64,000 nucleotides of DNA from an uncultured Chlamydiae bacterium (GCA_963828125.1 CAWHDP010000002.1:1184001-1248000), one strand, 5' to 3'. Shown: positions 19,473 to 29,149, counted from the stretch's first letter. Numbers and translations are program-made. Notes: generated from the letters alone by a model not told the origin.

Positions 19473-20651
19473 TTAAAATGATTGTTTATTCGACAAAGCG
19501 TCAATTCCTGGCAAGTGGCCGAATTCTAAAAATTCCAGCGAGGCGCCGCCGCCAGTGGATAGGTGGGCGAAGCGGTGATTGAGCCCCATTTGGTCGATGG
19601 CGGCGATCGAATCCCCTCCCCCGACGATCGTTTTGGCCTTGGCTCCGGCGAGAAGCTCAGCGATGGCGTGGGTCCCTTTAGCAAAGTGGGGCATTTCGAA
19701 GACGCCCAACGGGCCGTTCCAGAAGACTGTGGCGGCGAGGAGGAGCTCGTGCGACCATAGGGCGGCCGTTTCTGGGCCGATATCCATTCCCCGCCAACTG
19801 GCGGGGATCGGCTCGCCGAACGGGATTATGCGGTAGTTCGCGTCGTTGGAAAATTGGTCTGCAATCACCAGATCGACCGGAAAGCGGAGTTTGGTTCTAG
19901 GAACATGGCGGATCGTCTCGGGATCTTCACATAGGGATTGACCGATCTCGACGCCATCTGCTTTGAGGAACGTGTAGACCATGCCGCCGCCGATGAAGAG
20001 CGCATCCACCTTTGGGAGCAGCTGTTTGATCACGCCGATTTTTGTAGAGACCTTCGCCCCGCCGAGGATCGCGTAGAAAGGGCGGGCCGGATGGGCTAAG
20101 AGGGGGGACAATGCCCGGATCTCTGTCTCCATCAAAAAGCCCATAGCTGAGCGTCCTGGGAAAAAGCGGGCGATTCCCGCCGTCGACGCATGGGCCCGAT
20201 GCGCAGTGCCGAACGCATCATTCACATAGCAATCGCCGAGTTTTGCCAAAGCGGCAGTAAAAGCCGGATCTTTTTCGGGAGCCTCTTCGCCTCTGTGAAA
20301 CCGGACATTTTCCAATAAGAGCACCTGTCCCGCCTGCAATGCGGCCACCCTCTTTTCGACCTCAGGCCCCACGCAATCCCCCGCCATCGCCACCGGCTTT
20401 TTCAAAAGCTCCGACAGCCTTTTGGCGCAAGGAGCCAAAGACAACGCGGCATCAAAGCCGTTCGGCCGCCCGAGATGGCTCATCAAGATCAGCGACGCCC
20501 CATGACTTAAGACATACTCAATCGAAGGGAGAGCCGCCCGAATGCGCGTATCGTCCGTGAGGCTCCCCTTCTCCATCGGGACATTGAAATCGACCCGCAT
20601 CAACACCCGTTTGCCTTTCAAAGAGAGATTTTTCAACGTCATTTTTTGCAT
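19473..20651 (-). CDS. pgk: Phosphoglycerate kinase
   Basis: RVDFNVP, SHLGRP, LLENVRF, NDAFGTAHRAHAS, GGGDS, STGGGASLE. Confidence 0.98.
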   Translation of the reverse strand: MQKMTLKNLSLKGKRVLMRVDFNVPMEKGSLTDDTRIRAALPSIEYVLSHGASLILMSHLGRPNGFDAALSLAPCAKRLSELLKKPVAMAGDCVGPEVEKRVAALQAGQVLLLENVRFHRGEEAPEKDPAFTAALAKLGDCYVNDAFGTAHRAHASTAGIARFFPGRSAMGFLMETEIRALSPLLAHPARPFYAILGGAKVSTKIGVIKQLLPKVDALFIGGGMVYTFLKADGVEIGQSLCEDPETIRHVPRTKLRFPVDLVIADQFSNDANYRIIPFGEPIPASWRGMDIGPETAALWSHELLLAATVFWNGPLGVFEMPHFAKGTHAIAELLAGAKAKTIVGGGDSIAAIDQMGLNHRFAHLSTGGGASLEFLEFGHLPGIDALSNKQSF

Positions 20652-20764
20652 AATCCCCGATTTGTTAAACAAGCCCATTTACACGAAGTCAGCCGATTGT
20701 AATCGCCATATGTGGCTCAGATCATCCCATTTTCTCCAGAACCCATTTTAAAACAAGACGGTAT

Positions 20765-20812
20765 TATACTGCGGCCGCCCCAAAAGTGTGAATTTGGGGC
20801 GGCCGCAGTATA
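20765..20812. repeat. Dispersed palindromic repeat, short form (perfect arms)
   Basis: tatactgcggccgccccaaaagtgtgaatttggggcggccgcagtata. Confidence 0.95.
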
Positions 20813-20869
20813 GTCATTCTCTTAAAATCTAACAATATGCTATGCTTCCTCTCCAAAAGTGGAGGGAAA

Positions 20870-22492
20870 ATGAATGGAATATCCGGGGCTTCATTCTGTC
20901 AGATCTGTTCGAATCCCAGCCAGGATAATGGCCCTCTATACGCTTTCCATGTAGAGACCGATGATCCGCATCTGTTTCATCTGAGCTGTATTCAGGAACG
21001 CCAAGCAGAACAGACGAAGAACATCTTAAAATTCCATGATCTCCCATTGGAGATCGAACGTCTCAGCCACAGCCTCCGACAAACAAAGGAAGCGCTCGTT
21101 CAACACAACAGCAACACCAGCCAATACCTCGCAGACCTCGCAAACCGGATTACAATCCTCCGGAGCCTAGCACAACAGCCGCAAATGTTCCCACCATCAT
21201 CATTCTCGATAGAACCACAGCTGCACGAATGGCGAGAACAGATCCGGGTCCAGCTGAAGGAGATCCAACGGCTCGAACAAGATAGCCAAAATATGTTCTC
21301 ACAACAGATCAGAACATTGCAGGACGAGATCCAACAGCGCGTACAAGAACTGGCATCGATGAGGAGCCAGCGTCCAACCCGCCTGTGCCCTGCTTGTAAT
21401 CATGAGGTAGAGATCGTCGGCGAGAATAAAGGCATGTCGATGTCGGAATATCTAGGGAAACAGATTCTGAGGATTCTGAGCATTACGTATACTTCCGCTA
21501 AGAAGCCTCAAGAGACGCCAAAGACAATCACACAGGTTGAAAATATACTGGCAAAGGGATCTATTCCTGATCCGATTCACCAAAGGGCAAGGGATCACGC
21601 CAGAGACCATAAGTGCTGGAAAATATATGCAATTCTCATCAGGGCGCTGCGGGCATTTCCCACAGAGGACTTCCGCCAAGCATTGACTGACAGCAACGTT
21701 CCACAGCTCATGTGCATCCTGGAAAATAACCAGTACCCTATCCCTGATCAGGATTGCCCGTCCTTTTTCGTGCAGGCTGCAAAAATGGATCAGTCAGAGG
21801 TGTTCCTCGATATGCTGAGGCGACCCATGACAGATACGATCCGAGGCCAGGTTCTCTCACAGTTAGCGCCTACTCCAGAGCTATCTCTTAAAAGGATTCA
21901 ATGGTTCCTTGCAAACAAGGGTATTGATGCTGAGAATCTGGGGCACGCATTGGTCGCGGCTTCGGCGAAACGGAGCCGTTCTGATGTCGTCTTATATCTC
22001 CTTGAACAAAGCACAACCAGGAACTTAGAGATATCAAAAAAATTCCTCATCCACGCCATCAAAGTGGCCGCAGGAGCCAACCTTGACTCTCTCTCCGCGC
22101 TCCTGAAGAGAGCTACCCCGGACAGTGCAGCTGTGGTGGAGGCTTTTGAGAACGCTTTGATTTCGAGTCGCGACGACTGCATTCAGCATCTCTTGGACTT
22201 ACAGACAGAGTTTACCGGGGCGCAATTAAACCGACTAGTAAAACAAGGGACATTCCATGGAAAAAACGAACCCGTAAAGATATGGCTCAACAAAGGACCC
22301 ATTGATGAGGAGACTCGGGGCAGCTGTCTGGTTGAGGTTACTCGGCGTAAAGATGAAGAGATGATCACCGCCCTTGTCTCTTCAGGAACAGTTTCTAAGG
22401 AACGCTACGACCAGGTCTGTGGGATAGCGAAGGATCAGCCTCAGATTCTTGAGTTGCTAAAGAAAAACGATCAAGGGGCGCAAACAACCTGA
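20870..22492 (+). CDS. Hypothetical effector-like protein: RING-H2-like zinc ligands split by a coiled coil, plus C-terminal helical (ankyrin-like) repeats
   Basis: CQIC...H...HLFHLSC, a Q/E-rich heptad region, then CPAC; GGAGG RBS before ATG 20870. Confidence 0.72.
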   Translation: MNGISGASFCQICSNPSQDNGPLYAFHVETDDPHLFHLSCIQERQAEQTKNILKFHDLPLEIERLSHSLRQTKEALVQHNSNTSQYLADLANRITILRSLAQQPQMFPPSSFSIEPQLHEWREQIRVQLKEIQRLEQDSQNMFSQQIRTLQDEIQQRVQELASMRSQRPTRLCPACNHEVEIVGENKGMSMSEYLGKQILRILSITYTSAKKPQETPKTITQVENILAKGSIPDPIHQRARDHARDHKCWKIYAILIRALRAFPTEDFRQALTDSNVPQLMCILENNQYPIPDQDCPSFFVQAAKMDQSEVFLDMLRRPMTDTIRGQVLSQLAPTPELSLKRIQWFLANKGIDAENLGHALVAASAKRSRSDVVLYLLEQSTTRNLEISKKFLIHAIKVAAGANLDSLSALLKRATPDSAAVVEAFENALISSRDDCIQHLLDLQTEFTGAQLNRLVKQGTFHGKNEPVKIWLNKGPIDEETRGSCLVEVTRRKDEEMITALVSSGTVSKERYDQVCGIAKDQPQILELLKKNDQGAQTT

Positions 22493-23712
22493 AAAAGGCG
22501 ATGGATCGCATCTAGATCTGAGAGGAGTTCCCTTCGGTCTTCATGAGCGAGAAAAACAAACAGAGGGCTTGTCGCCAGATGAGTCGTCGGCTCGATCGAA
22601 TCCCCGACTTTGATATACAATTGGTGTGTCTCGTAGGAGTTCAGCTTTTGAATGGCCTCAATGCCGGAAATTTTAGCAATCGTCCCTTTTTGGAATAGGG
22701 GGCAAAAGGCGACGGCGATCTGTTTTCTCAGAATGATTGGATGGGGCAAAGAGATTTTCCCTTTCACAAATACTTCGATGGTCGATCGATAGGGATCGAA
22801 ATTGCTATACTTTCGGAGATACTGGGGGAGTCTCGCTCCAGCTAGCCGAGGTCCGAGTTCAATGAGCGTCGGGCCGCGGATCGGATCGTCCTTCAGCTCT
22901 AAATGCGCAGGACCTAGCTTGACGCCGAAGGCTTCCGCGATCCGGACAGCTGTTTTTTGCATTGGGGTTGTCTCAGGCGCCGTCAGCGGAAGCGAAATGA
23001 CGCTGTAATAGATGTTTTTAAACGTTTCCGTCTGTATTTTTTCATACACCCATATGTCGGTGACATGAGCTCTTTCCCCATCAGAAAATGTATCGATTAC
23101 ATATTCATTGCCTCCGATGAAGGATTCAATGACGGCAGAGCCCGTTTTTTCTCCAAAAAAATTCTTCTCCCTTTGAATCGCCCGGAAGCCCGCTAACACC
23201 TGTTCTTGTTTGTCGCATACATAGACATGGCTGGTGCCCGCTCCGCGAGGAGTCTTGATGACCAAAGGGAATGAATGGCCCCTCACAAAGCGAAGTATTT
23301 TTTCTTGGGTGTCGCAAATGGAAAAATCGGGGCATGAAAACCCTTTTTCTTTCAATACTTCCCGCATTCTCCCTTTATCTCTCCGCGCGCTGGATAAATC
23401 GAACCGGTTGCCCGGCAAACCAAGTGCATGGCCTACTTGGTCGGCAAGATTGACTCCAGAATCGATGCCGGCGATAGAGGCTCTCACCGAAAAAGGGGAG
23501 TTTTTAAGCTGTTTCAGAATTTCTTCTATATCATTAGAAAAGAGGATTTGGTCGCAGTTGCGGCGGAGCATTTCCTCATTGAGGTGAAACTGCGTTTCAT
23601 AGACGCTTTTCGGACAGCTGAAAATGCCGATCACCTTATAGCCAAGATCGGAGGCTGCTTGTTTTAAAGGATCGCCAGAATTGATCGGATCGAAAAGTAC
23701 GACTGCATCCAT
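22471..23712 (-). CDS. ATP-grasp domain protein (L-amino-acid-ligase-like)
   Basis: RRDKGRMR, FPLVIKTP.GAGT..V, IESFIGGNEY..D, GPAHLEL, LIELGPRLAG. Confidence 0.88.
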   Translation of the reverse strand: MDAVVLFDPINSGDPLKQAASDLGYKVIGIFSCPKSVYETQFHLNEEMLRRNCDQILFSNDIEEILKQLKNSPFSVRASIAGIDSGVNLADQVGHALGLPGNRFDLSSARRDKGRMREVLKEKGFSCPDFSICDTQEKILRFVRGHSFPLVIKTPRGAGTSHVYVCDKQEQVLAGFRAIQREKNFFGEKTGSAVIESFIGGNEYVIDTFSDGERAHVTDIWVYEKIQTETFKNIYYSVISLPLTAPETTPMQKTAVRIAEAFGVKLGPAHLELKDDPIRGPTLIELGPRLAGARLPQYLRKYSNFDPYRSTIEVFVKGKISLPHPIILRKQIAVAFCPLFQKGTIAKISGIEAIQKLNSYETHQLYIKVGDSIEPTTHLATSPLFVFLAHEDRRELLSDLDAIHRLFQVVCAP

Positions 23713-23713
23713 T

Positions 23714-24562
23714 TTAGACGCTCCTACGGGCTGCCCACATCGTTAAAATCCCTCCTGCGCAAACGACGAGCATGCCGATGAGAGACAAAAGCTCGATCGC
23801 CTCGCGCCAAATGACCCAACCGATGATTCCAGAAAAGATCACGCTTGTGTAAATAAAAGGGGCCACCTCTTGAGAGGGGGCAAACCGGAGAGCGGCTGTA
23901 AAGGCCCATTGAGCGCCAATGGATGCGAGGGCCGATCCAATGAGCCAAAGCCAAAGAAAAAGGGGCGTCGCTTCCCAGAAAAATAGGATGAACGGGAGCA
24001 AGAGCCCCCACCAAAGAAGGTAGTAATAAAATAAAATCCGGATAAACGGCTCGCCCGCAATTTGCCGGGTCACAACGAGCAACAGGGCCGAAAAAACCCC
24101 TGAAATCGCTCCGAGTATCAGACCGATCCGCAACGTCTCGAAGCCAGGCCGCAGCACCAAGACGACTCCGCCAAAGCCCACGATCAGGGACAGCCCTAAA
24201 AAACCAGAAATTTTGACTTTATGCCAAAACCAAATGATCAACGGGACAAATAGCGGCGCGGTATTATTCAGTAAGACCACTTCCGCCAAATCGGTCGTCC
24301 GCAGCGCAGCAGTAATGCAAATCATGCCGAGCAGTCCAAATACAGTTCGGGCTGCAATCAGCCAAAATTTCTCCGTTTTTAAGTTTTGTATGACGCCGCG
24401 AAAGATAAATGGGACAATCAAAATCCAACTGCATGCGCTCTGAATAAAAATGATCTGGACATTTGGGATATAGGGGTTGCACGCCTTGAAAATAGCGTAG
24501 GTAATAGAAAAGAGGAGCATCGACAAAATAGCTAACAAAATCCCCAGGTAAGAACGGCTCAA
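23714..24562 (-). CDS. EamA/DMT family transporter
   Basis: About ten hydrophobic segments; NNTAPLFV, GFGGVVLVLRP, VAPFIYTSVIFS. Confidence 0.9.
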   Translation of the reverse strand: MSRSYLGILLAILSMLLFSITYAIFKACNPYIPNVQIIFIQSACSWILIVPFIFRGVIQNLKTEKFWLIAARTVFGLLGMICITAALRTTDLAEVVLLNNTAPLFVPLIIWFWHKVKISGFLGLSLIVGFGGVVLVLRPGFETLRIGLILGAISGVFSALLLVVTRQIAGEPFIRILFYYYLLWWGLLLPFILFFWEATPLFLWLWLIGSALASIGAQWAFTAALRFAPSQEVAPFIYTSVIFSGIIGWVIWREAIELLSLIGMLVVCAGGILTMWAARRSV

Positions 24563-24645
24563 CTCAAGACCCCCTTTTTATTTGGGAATATCAATCTTCG
24601 AGTGGGATGTCAAGCATTCAAAGATATGAACCTATCTTCAGTTAC

Positions 24646-24960
24646 TTAATAAAGTGAGCATGATTGGAATCCTTTAGCCGCGCACAGCGGCTTGTGTCCT
24701 CAAAAAGGAACAGGATCTGCATGATCACACGTGGCATGATGAGTAGGATGATAGGCTCTTCTGTATTCCAATTTCCTTTTCCCAAAGTTTACCAATCATC
24801 CTATCGACAAATTCGTCACCGCCAGATAATTGATCAACTGCGCTTGGTGCTCTCCAGTAAGATATTCGCAACTTTTTAGCTCGACGACCACCTGTTTTGC
24901 CACTATAAGATCCGGCACGAATATCCCGATCTTTCTCCCTCGAAAATGTACCTCAAATAC
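24646..24960 (-). pseudogene. GxxExxY-family (PD-(D/E)XK-like) gene remnant, 5'-truncated, with an in-frame TGA
   Basis: FRGRKIGIFVPDLIVAKQVVVELKS...HQAQLINYL...IG*LVNFGKRKLEYRR; the N-terminus is replaced by ISL3 sequence (junction approximate). Confidence 0.78.
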
Positions 24961-25714
24961 ATTACCGTCGATGAATTCAGCATACGGAAAGGGCATGAAT
25001 ACATGACCGTTTTCACAGATCTACGGTCGGGGAGAATTATTCACGCTGTAGAGGGTAGAACTATAGAGGCGGTAGCTCCCTTTTTCAAGAAACTGGCAAA
25101 GCACGCACCAAAGTTAAAAGCAATCGCTATGGACATGAGCAAATCGTACTACCCAGCAGCACAAGAGTTTTTGCCGAACGTAGATGTGGTATTTGATCAT
25201 TTTCATGTGACGGCTTTATTGAATAAAGCCCTGGACGAGGTGCGCAAAGGTCAACAGCAAAACTTGAGTGGGGCCGATGCAAAAGTACTGAAGGGAAGTC
25301 GGTTTTTATTCCTAACGAATTATGACAACTTGGATCTAGAAAACCAAACACGATTGGGCGCCTTATTGGCTGTAAATGAGCCATTGTTTTTGGCACATTC
25401 TCTGAAGGAGCAATTCCAACTTTTCTGGGAGAAAGACTCTGTAGAGGAGGCGGAGCATTTTCTCATCAGATGGGGAGTCGATGTCTTGGCAACAGGGCTC
25501 AAACCACTAAAACGAGTGGTCAAAACATTGCACCAATACAAGACGGGGTTATTGAACTATTTCAAACATCGAATCTCGAACGCCGCAGCAGAAGGCATAA
25601 ACAACAAAATCAAGACAATGAAAAGGCAGGCTTATGGGTTTCGAGATATTGAATATTTTAAATTGCGACTTTATCACCTTACACGAGTCCAGGTACGCAT
25701 TTGTCGGATGAACC
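24946..25714 (+). mobile_element. ISL3-family transposase remnant (3' part and right end)
   Basis: VDEFSIRKGHEY, IAMDMS, FDHFHV, AEGINNKIKTMKRQAYGFRD; right end ...gtcggatgaacc; +1 frameshift near 25678 hides the C-terminus LHESRYAFVG*. Confidence 0.88.
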
Positions 25715-26310
25715 AATAAAAAGCAGACAAAGTTTTCAGGATCAGCATGGAATGGCGCCAATGCATCAACCAAAATGACCTTATCAAAACTGCTATTCTG
25801 AACACTCGCTTGGATACTGTTGGACAATTTTTCTAAATATGTTTGAGTGACTTCAAAGTCTTTTTTAAAGCCTTGAAATGCCGGATCAAAAACCCCGACT
25901 ATCAAAACCCCCTTTTTAGGATATCCTTTTGATAAGTATGGATAGGGCTTCTGCAATTTTTTCTGTATGACATTCTCAATGCTTGAGGTTGTATTGATCC
26001 GGTACTCTCTCATTACATCGATTTTAGGAGAAGGAAGGCTTTTAGGGTCTATTCGGATGAGGTATTCTTTTTCTAAAGCTTCGACGTCCAAGGAGAATAA
26101 ATTTTGGAGCAGATGCTTAGCCTCTTCTCCGCTTTGAAAAGCATCCGTACATTCTCCCCACTCTTCTTCTCCTAGAAAATCGCACCAGCCTACATTCCCT
26201 GTCAAATTGTCGGCGATCTTAAATTTCTTTCCCGTTAGTTTCGAGTAGCTTTCGACTGTTCGTTTTGCAATAAAAAACTTAACAGCTCGTTGAAATGCAA
26301 TCACGCCCAT
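25549..26310 (-). CDS. Hypothetical protein, possibly PD-(D/E)XK-like; 3' end runs into the ISL3 remnant
   Basis: 253 aa ORF 26 nt after the hicB stop; the part below 25715 is antisense IS sequence. Confidence 0.6.
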   Translation of the reverse strand: MGVIAFQRAVKFFIAKRTVESYSKLTGKKFKIADNLTGNVGWCDFLGEEEWGECTDAFQSGEEAKHLLQNLFSLDVEALEKEYLIRIDPKSLPSPKIDVMREYRINTTSSIENVIQKKLQKPYPYLSKGYPKKGVLIVGVFDPAFQGFKKDFEVTQTYLEKLSNSIQASVQNSSFDKVILVDALAPFHADPENFVCFLLVHPTNAYLDSCKVIKSQFKIFNISKPISLPFHCLDFVVYAFCCGVRDSMFEIVQ

Positions 26311-26335
26311 AATAAAAACACGCCCTATATATCGT

Positions 26336-26767
26336 TTAACAACCTAAAGCATAGTCTATTGAGAATTCAGGGAAAATCTTCTTAATCTTAGAAATGATCT
26401 TAAGACTTGGATTACATTTTTTTGCTTCAAGCCTTTGGTAGCTATAGATCGTGTCAAATCCCATCTCCTTAGCCGCCTCCCTTTGAGTCATTCCATGCTT
26501 AATGCGATAATATCGAACCATAAAAGAGAAAGCGACTTCAGGATCTAAAGCGACTTCAACAACGTTCTTTGATTTTTTGATTGACTCATCTGGAAGAGCA
26601 GCCAAATCTTTTGAATCGTCTGGTTCCTGAACATAAAGATTAAGAGCCTCCTGCATATTGCATTCTAGTTCCTCCATATCTTTTGCTTGGGTGATGCACC
26701 CTTCAAGCTCGATGCATTGGGCCCAAAAATACTTCCCCTCCTTATGGACTTTAAAATGATATTTCAT
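26336..26767 (-). CDS. hicB: HicB-family antitoxin with C-terminal XRE HTH
   Basis: YFWAQCIELEGCITQAKDMEELECNMQEAL; GMTQREAAKEMG...YQRLE..NPSL. Confidence 0.9.
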   Translation of the reverse strand: MKYHFKVHKEGKYFWAQCIELEGCITQAKDMEELECNMQEALNLYVQEPDDSKDLAALPDESIKKSKNVVEVALDPEVAFSFMVRYYRIKHGMTQREAAKEMGFDTIYSYQRLEAKKCNPSLKIISKIKKIFPEFSIDYALGC

Positions 26768-26775
26768 GGTTCCCT

Positions 26776-26970
26776 CTATTTTGCTGTGTTTTCCAAAATT
26801 TTCTTTAATGCGTGCTCAGTGCCCGTTGCTAACTCTCTATGATTGGGGATCGTAACCGTAGGGCGCCCCTTTTTCTTTAGTTTCCAATGACTCCCCTTCC
26901 CACCCCCAGGTACAATCTCATACCCGGCCTTTACAAAGAGTTTTCGCATTTCTTTTCCGCTTAGAGGCAC
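26776..26970 (-). CDS. hicA: HicA-family mRNA interferase toxin
   Basis: GKGSHWKLKK...VTIPNH.ELA.GT; likely GTG start at 26970. Confidence 0.9.
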   Translation of the reverse strand: MPLSGKEMRKLFVKAGYEIVPGGGKGSHWKLKKKGRPTVTIPNHRELATGTEHALKKILENTAK

Positions 26971-27001
26971 TGTTTCCACCCGTACTCTTAATATGCTTTT
27001 C

Positions 27002-27030
27002 ATATTACCAAATATAGTTGGTAAAGTCAA
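27002..27030 (-). promoter_or_regulatory. Sigma70/66-type hicAB promoter with a palindromic operator
   Basis: Minus strand TTGACT-17 nt-TAATAT; the palindrome TTACCAA-N6-TTGGTAA fills the spacer and overlaps the -10. Confidence 0.75.
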
Positions 27031-27098
27031 GTAGGGAGGCTGTGCACGGCCAAAATGGGAGGGGATGGTTTGTATTTTACCTATGAGTGGGTTAGAAT

Positions 27099-28889
27099 CC
27101 CACATTCCGCACCCTGCTCCGCAGGGTGCAAACCAACTTTAGGATTTTTTTTGGTCCGATCAGAGAAAGCAATGAGGTAAGCAAGCCAGAGTAGATCGAT
27201 CAATATATTTTAGTAAATATTTTTTTGCGTCTCCTGTAAAATCAAATGTCTTTTTAGACGGGAGGCGTCATGGACAACACTTATCGCAGTAAAAATTTAG
27301 ACCATCTGGGCATTGTATCTCAAATTTGTGATGAAATTGGGATAGTGGAAATGATCGATAAGATACTTCCACCGGATCCAAGCATGAAAATTTCTCACGG
27401 CGAATGCGTTAAATTGATGGTGATCAATGGGCTTGGGTTTACCTCCAGACCCCTATATCTCGAAGCACAATTTTTCTCTTCACGGCCAGTAAATCGCTTT
27501 CTATTAAAAGATTGCGAGGATGCGATCAATGACGATCGATTGAGAAGGACATTGAACCAGCTTTTTGCTTCCGGATGCGATCCTCTATTTGCATCTATAG
27601 CCTCTCAAGCTGCTCTGCGTTTTGGAGTATCTCAAAAATTTCGACACTTAGATTCTACAAGTATGCAGGTGCATGGGGAATACGATACCAATGAAGGAAT
27701 AGGATTGGTCACATTTGGATATTCAAAAGATCATCGTCCTGACTTAAAACAATTTATGATTTATCTGATGTCGAGCCAGGATGGAGACGTGCCTCTTTTA
27801 GCAAAAACAGTGGCCGGTAACACATCAGACAAAGAGCTGTTCCGAGAACGATTGAAGGAATTACGAGGACAGATTCAAGCTGGCGAGAATCTCTACTTTG
27901 TGGCCGACAGCGCATTGTACACCAAGGCAACAATTGGAGATTTGTCATCATCGATAAAATGGGTTACAAGAGTTCCAGAGACGCTGGTGGAGGCAAAACA
28001 AATCGTCCAATACACCGGTCCGTTAGAAAATTTAGAACTCGGATATCAAGGAAAGGAGTTTAAGAGCGAATACGGGGCAGTCAAGCAACGATGGTTGCTT
28101 GTTTATTCTGAACAAGCATACATACGCGAAGAAAAAACACTTAGAAGACAAGTTCAAAAAGAGAATGAAGAGCAAAAGCGTGAACTGAATCGATGGCTGC
28201 GAACCGACTTTGATTGTGAAAATGATGCGAAAGAGGCTGTACTACGCTGGAGTAAAAAACTCAAATATCACTGCCTGAATGAAATAGAAATCACATCTAA
28301 AAAAACACACCGAGGAAAGGGCAGACCTAAAGCAGGGGCGCTAGTGACTCATCACTACCGCGTCAAAACACAGCTTAAAGAAGATCCAAATAAAATCGAT
28401 CACATTCTTAAAACAAAAGGGAGATTCATTATTGCAACCAACGAATTAGATGAAGCTCTTCTAACAAGCAAAAAACTTTTACAAAATTACAAAGGCCAAC
28501 AATCGGTGGAACGGGGTTTTCGCTTTTTAAAAGAGCCTGCCTTCATGACGCCGGCTGTATATTTGAAAAGTGAGAAAAGAATTATTGCTCTTGCTATGGT
28601 GATGTGCCTCTGTTTGCTAGTCTACACGATTGCACAACGGTATTTACGGCAGAGTCTAGAACGAGCTAAAGCTTGCGTACCGAATCAATTGGGAAAAGCA
28701 ACACGAACCCCCACAATGCGCTGGATCTTTCAGCTTTTTGAGGGAGTGTACCTTTTAATTCGGACAATAGGAGGCAAAATAGAGGAAATCATTCTGAACA
28801 TGAATCCCGTTCGGAGCCATGTCTTAGCCATTCTTGGTCCTCAATTTGAAAAAATCTATGCTAACAGCTGAGAGGGTGCGGAATGTGGG
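27099..28889 (+). mobile_element. IS1634-family insertion sequence
   Basis: Perfect 17-bp terminal inverted repeats cccacattccgcaccct (27099-27115) and agggtgcggaatgtggg (28873-28889) around a transposase; no target duplication seen. Confidence 0.9.
27270..28871 (+). CDS. IS1634-family DDE transposase
   Basis: LDHLGIV, HLDSTS, FGYSKDHRPDLKQ, VADSALY, YKGQQSVERGFRFLK, PTMRWIFQLFEG. Confidence 0.92.
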   Translation: MDNTYRSKNLDHLGIVSQICDEIGIVEMIDKILPPDPSMKISHGECVKLMVINGLGFTSRPLYLEAQFFSSRPVNRFLLKDCEDAINDDRLRRTLNQLFASGCDPLFASIASQAALRFGVSQKFRHLDSTSMQVHGEYDTNEGIGLVTFGYSKDHRPDLKQFMIYLMSSQDGDVPLLAKTVAGNTSDKELFRERLKELRGQIQAGENLYFVADSALYTKATIGDLSSSIKWVTRVPETLVEAKQIVQYTGPLENLELGYQGKEFKSEYGAVKQRWLLVYSEQAYIREEKTLRRQVQKENEEQKRELNRWLRTDFDCENDAKEAVLRWSKKLKYHCLNEIEITSKKTHRGKGRPKAGALVTHHYRVKTQLKEDPNKIDHILKTKGRFIIATNELDEALLTSKKLLQNYKGQQSVERGFRFLKEPAFMTPAVYLKSEKRIIALAMVMCLCLLVYTIAQRYLRQSLERAKACVPNQLGKATRTPTMRWIFQLFEGVYLLIRTIGGKIEEIILNMNPVRSHVLAILGPQFEKIYANS

Positions 28890-29149
28890 CTATAAATTTA
28901 CCCATAGCCCACCTCCTGTAAAGTAAGTGGACATGATGTCATATAAAGATTTTATGTTCTATCTAAAGATATGCTCATACTGCGGTATAAAAAAAATTAG
29001 AAATATTCATACTAATATAATTACAAACTTAGAATGTTTATAACTATAAGACAAATATTGCAATCAAATTTACAGTAAAACGTAACTTGTATATATTGAT
29101 AGAATGCGCTACACTAGGCGCTGACCCAAATTGCGACGAAGGAGAGTCG

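Noticed and set aside
24796..24798. In-frame TGA as recoding or an alternative genetic code
   Set aside because: TGA ends intact genes here (e.g. dnaB), and this gene is also 5'-truncated
26971..27105. N-terminal extension of HicA in the ORF track
   Set aside because: Crosses the hicAB promoter and the IS end; GTG 26970 gives a normal-sized HicA
27099..28889. IS1634 or ISL3 as the mobiliser of the dispersed repeat
   Set aside because: Their termini (cccacattccgc, ggttcatccgac) do not resemble the repeat ends
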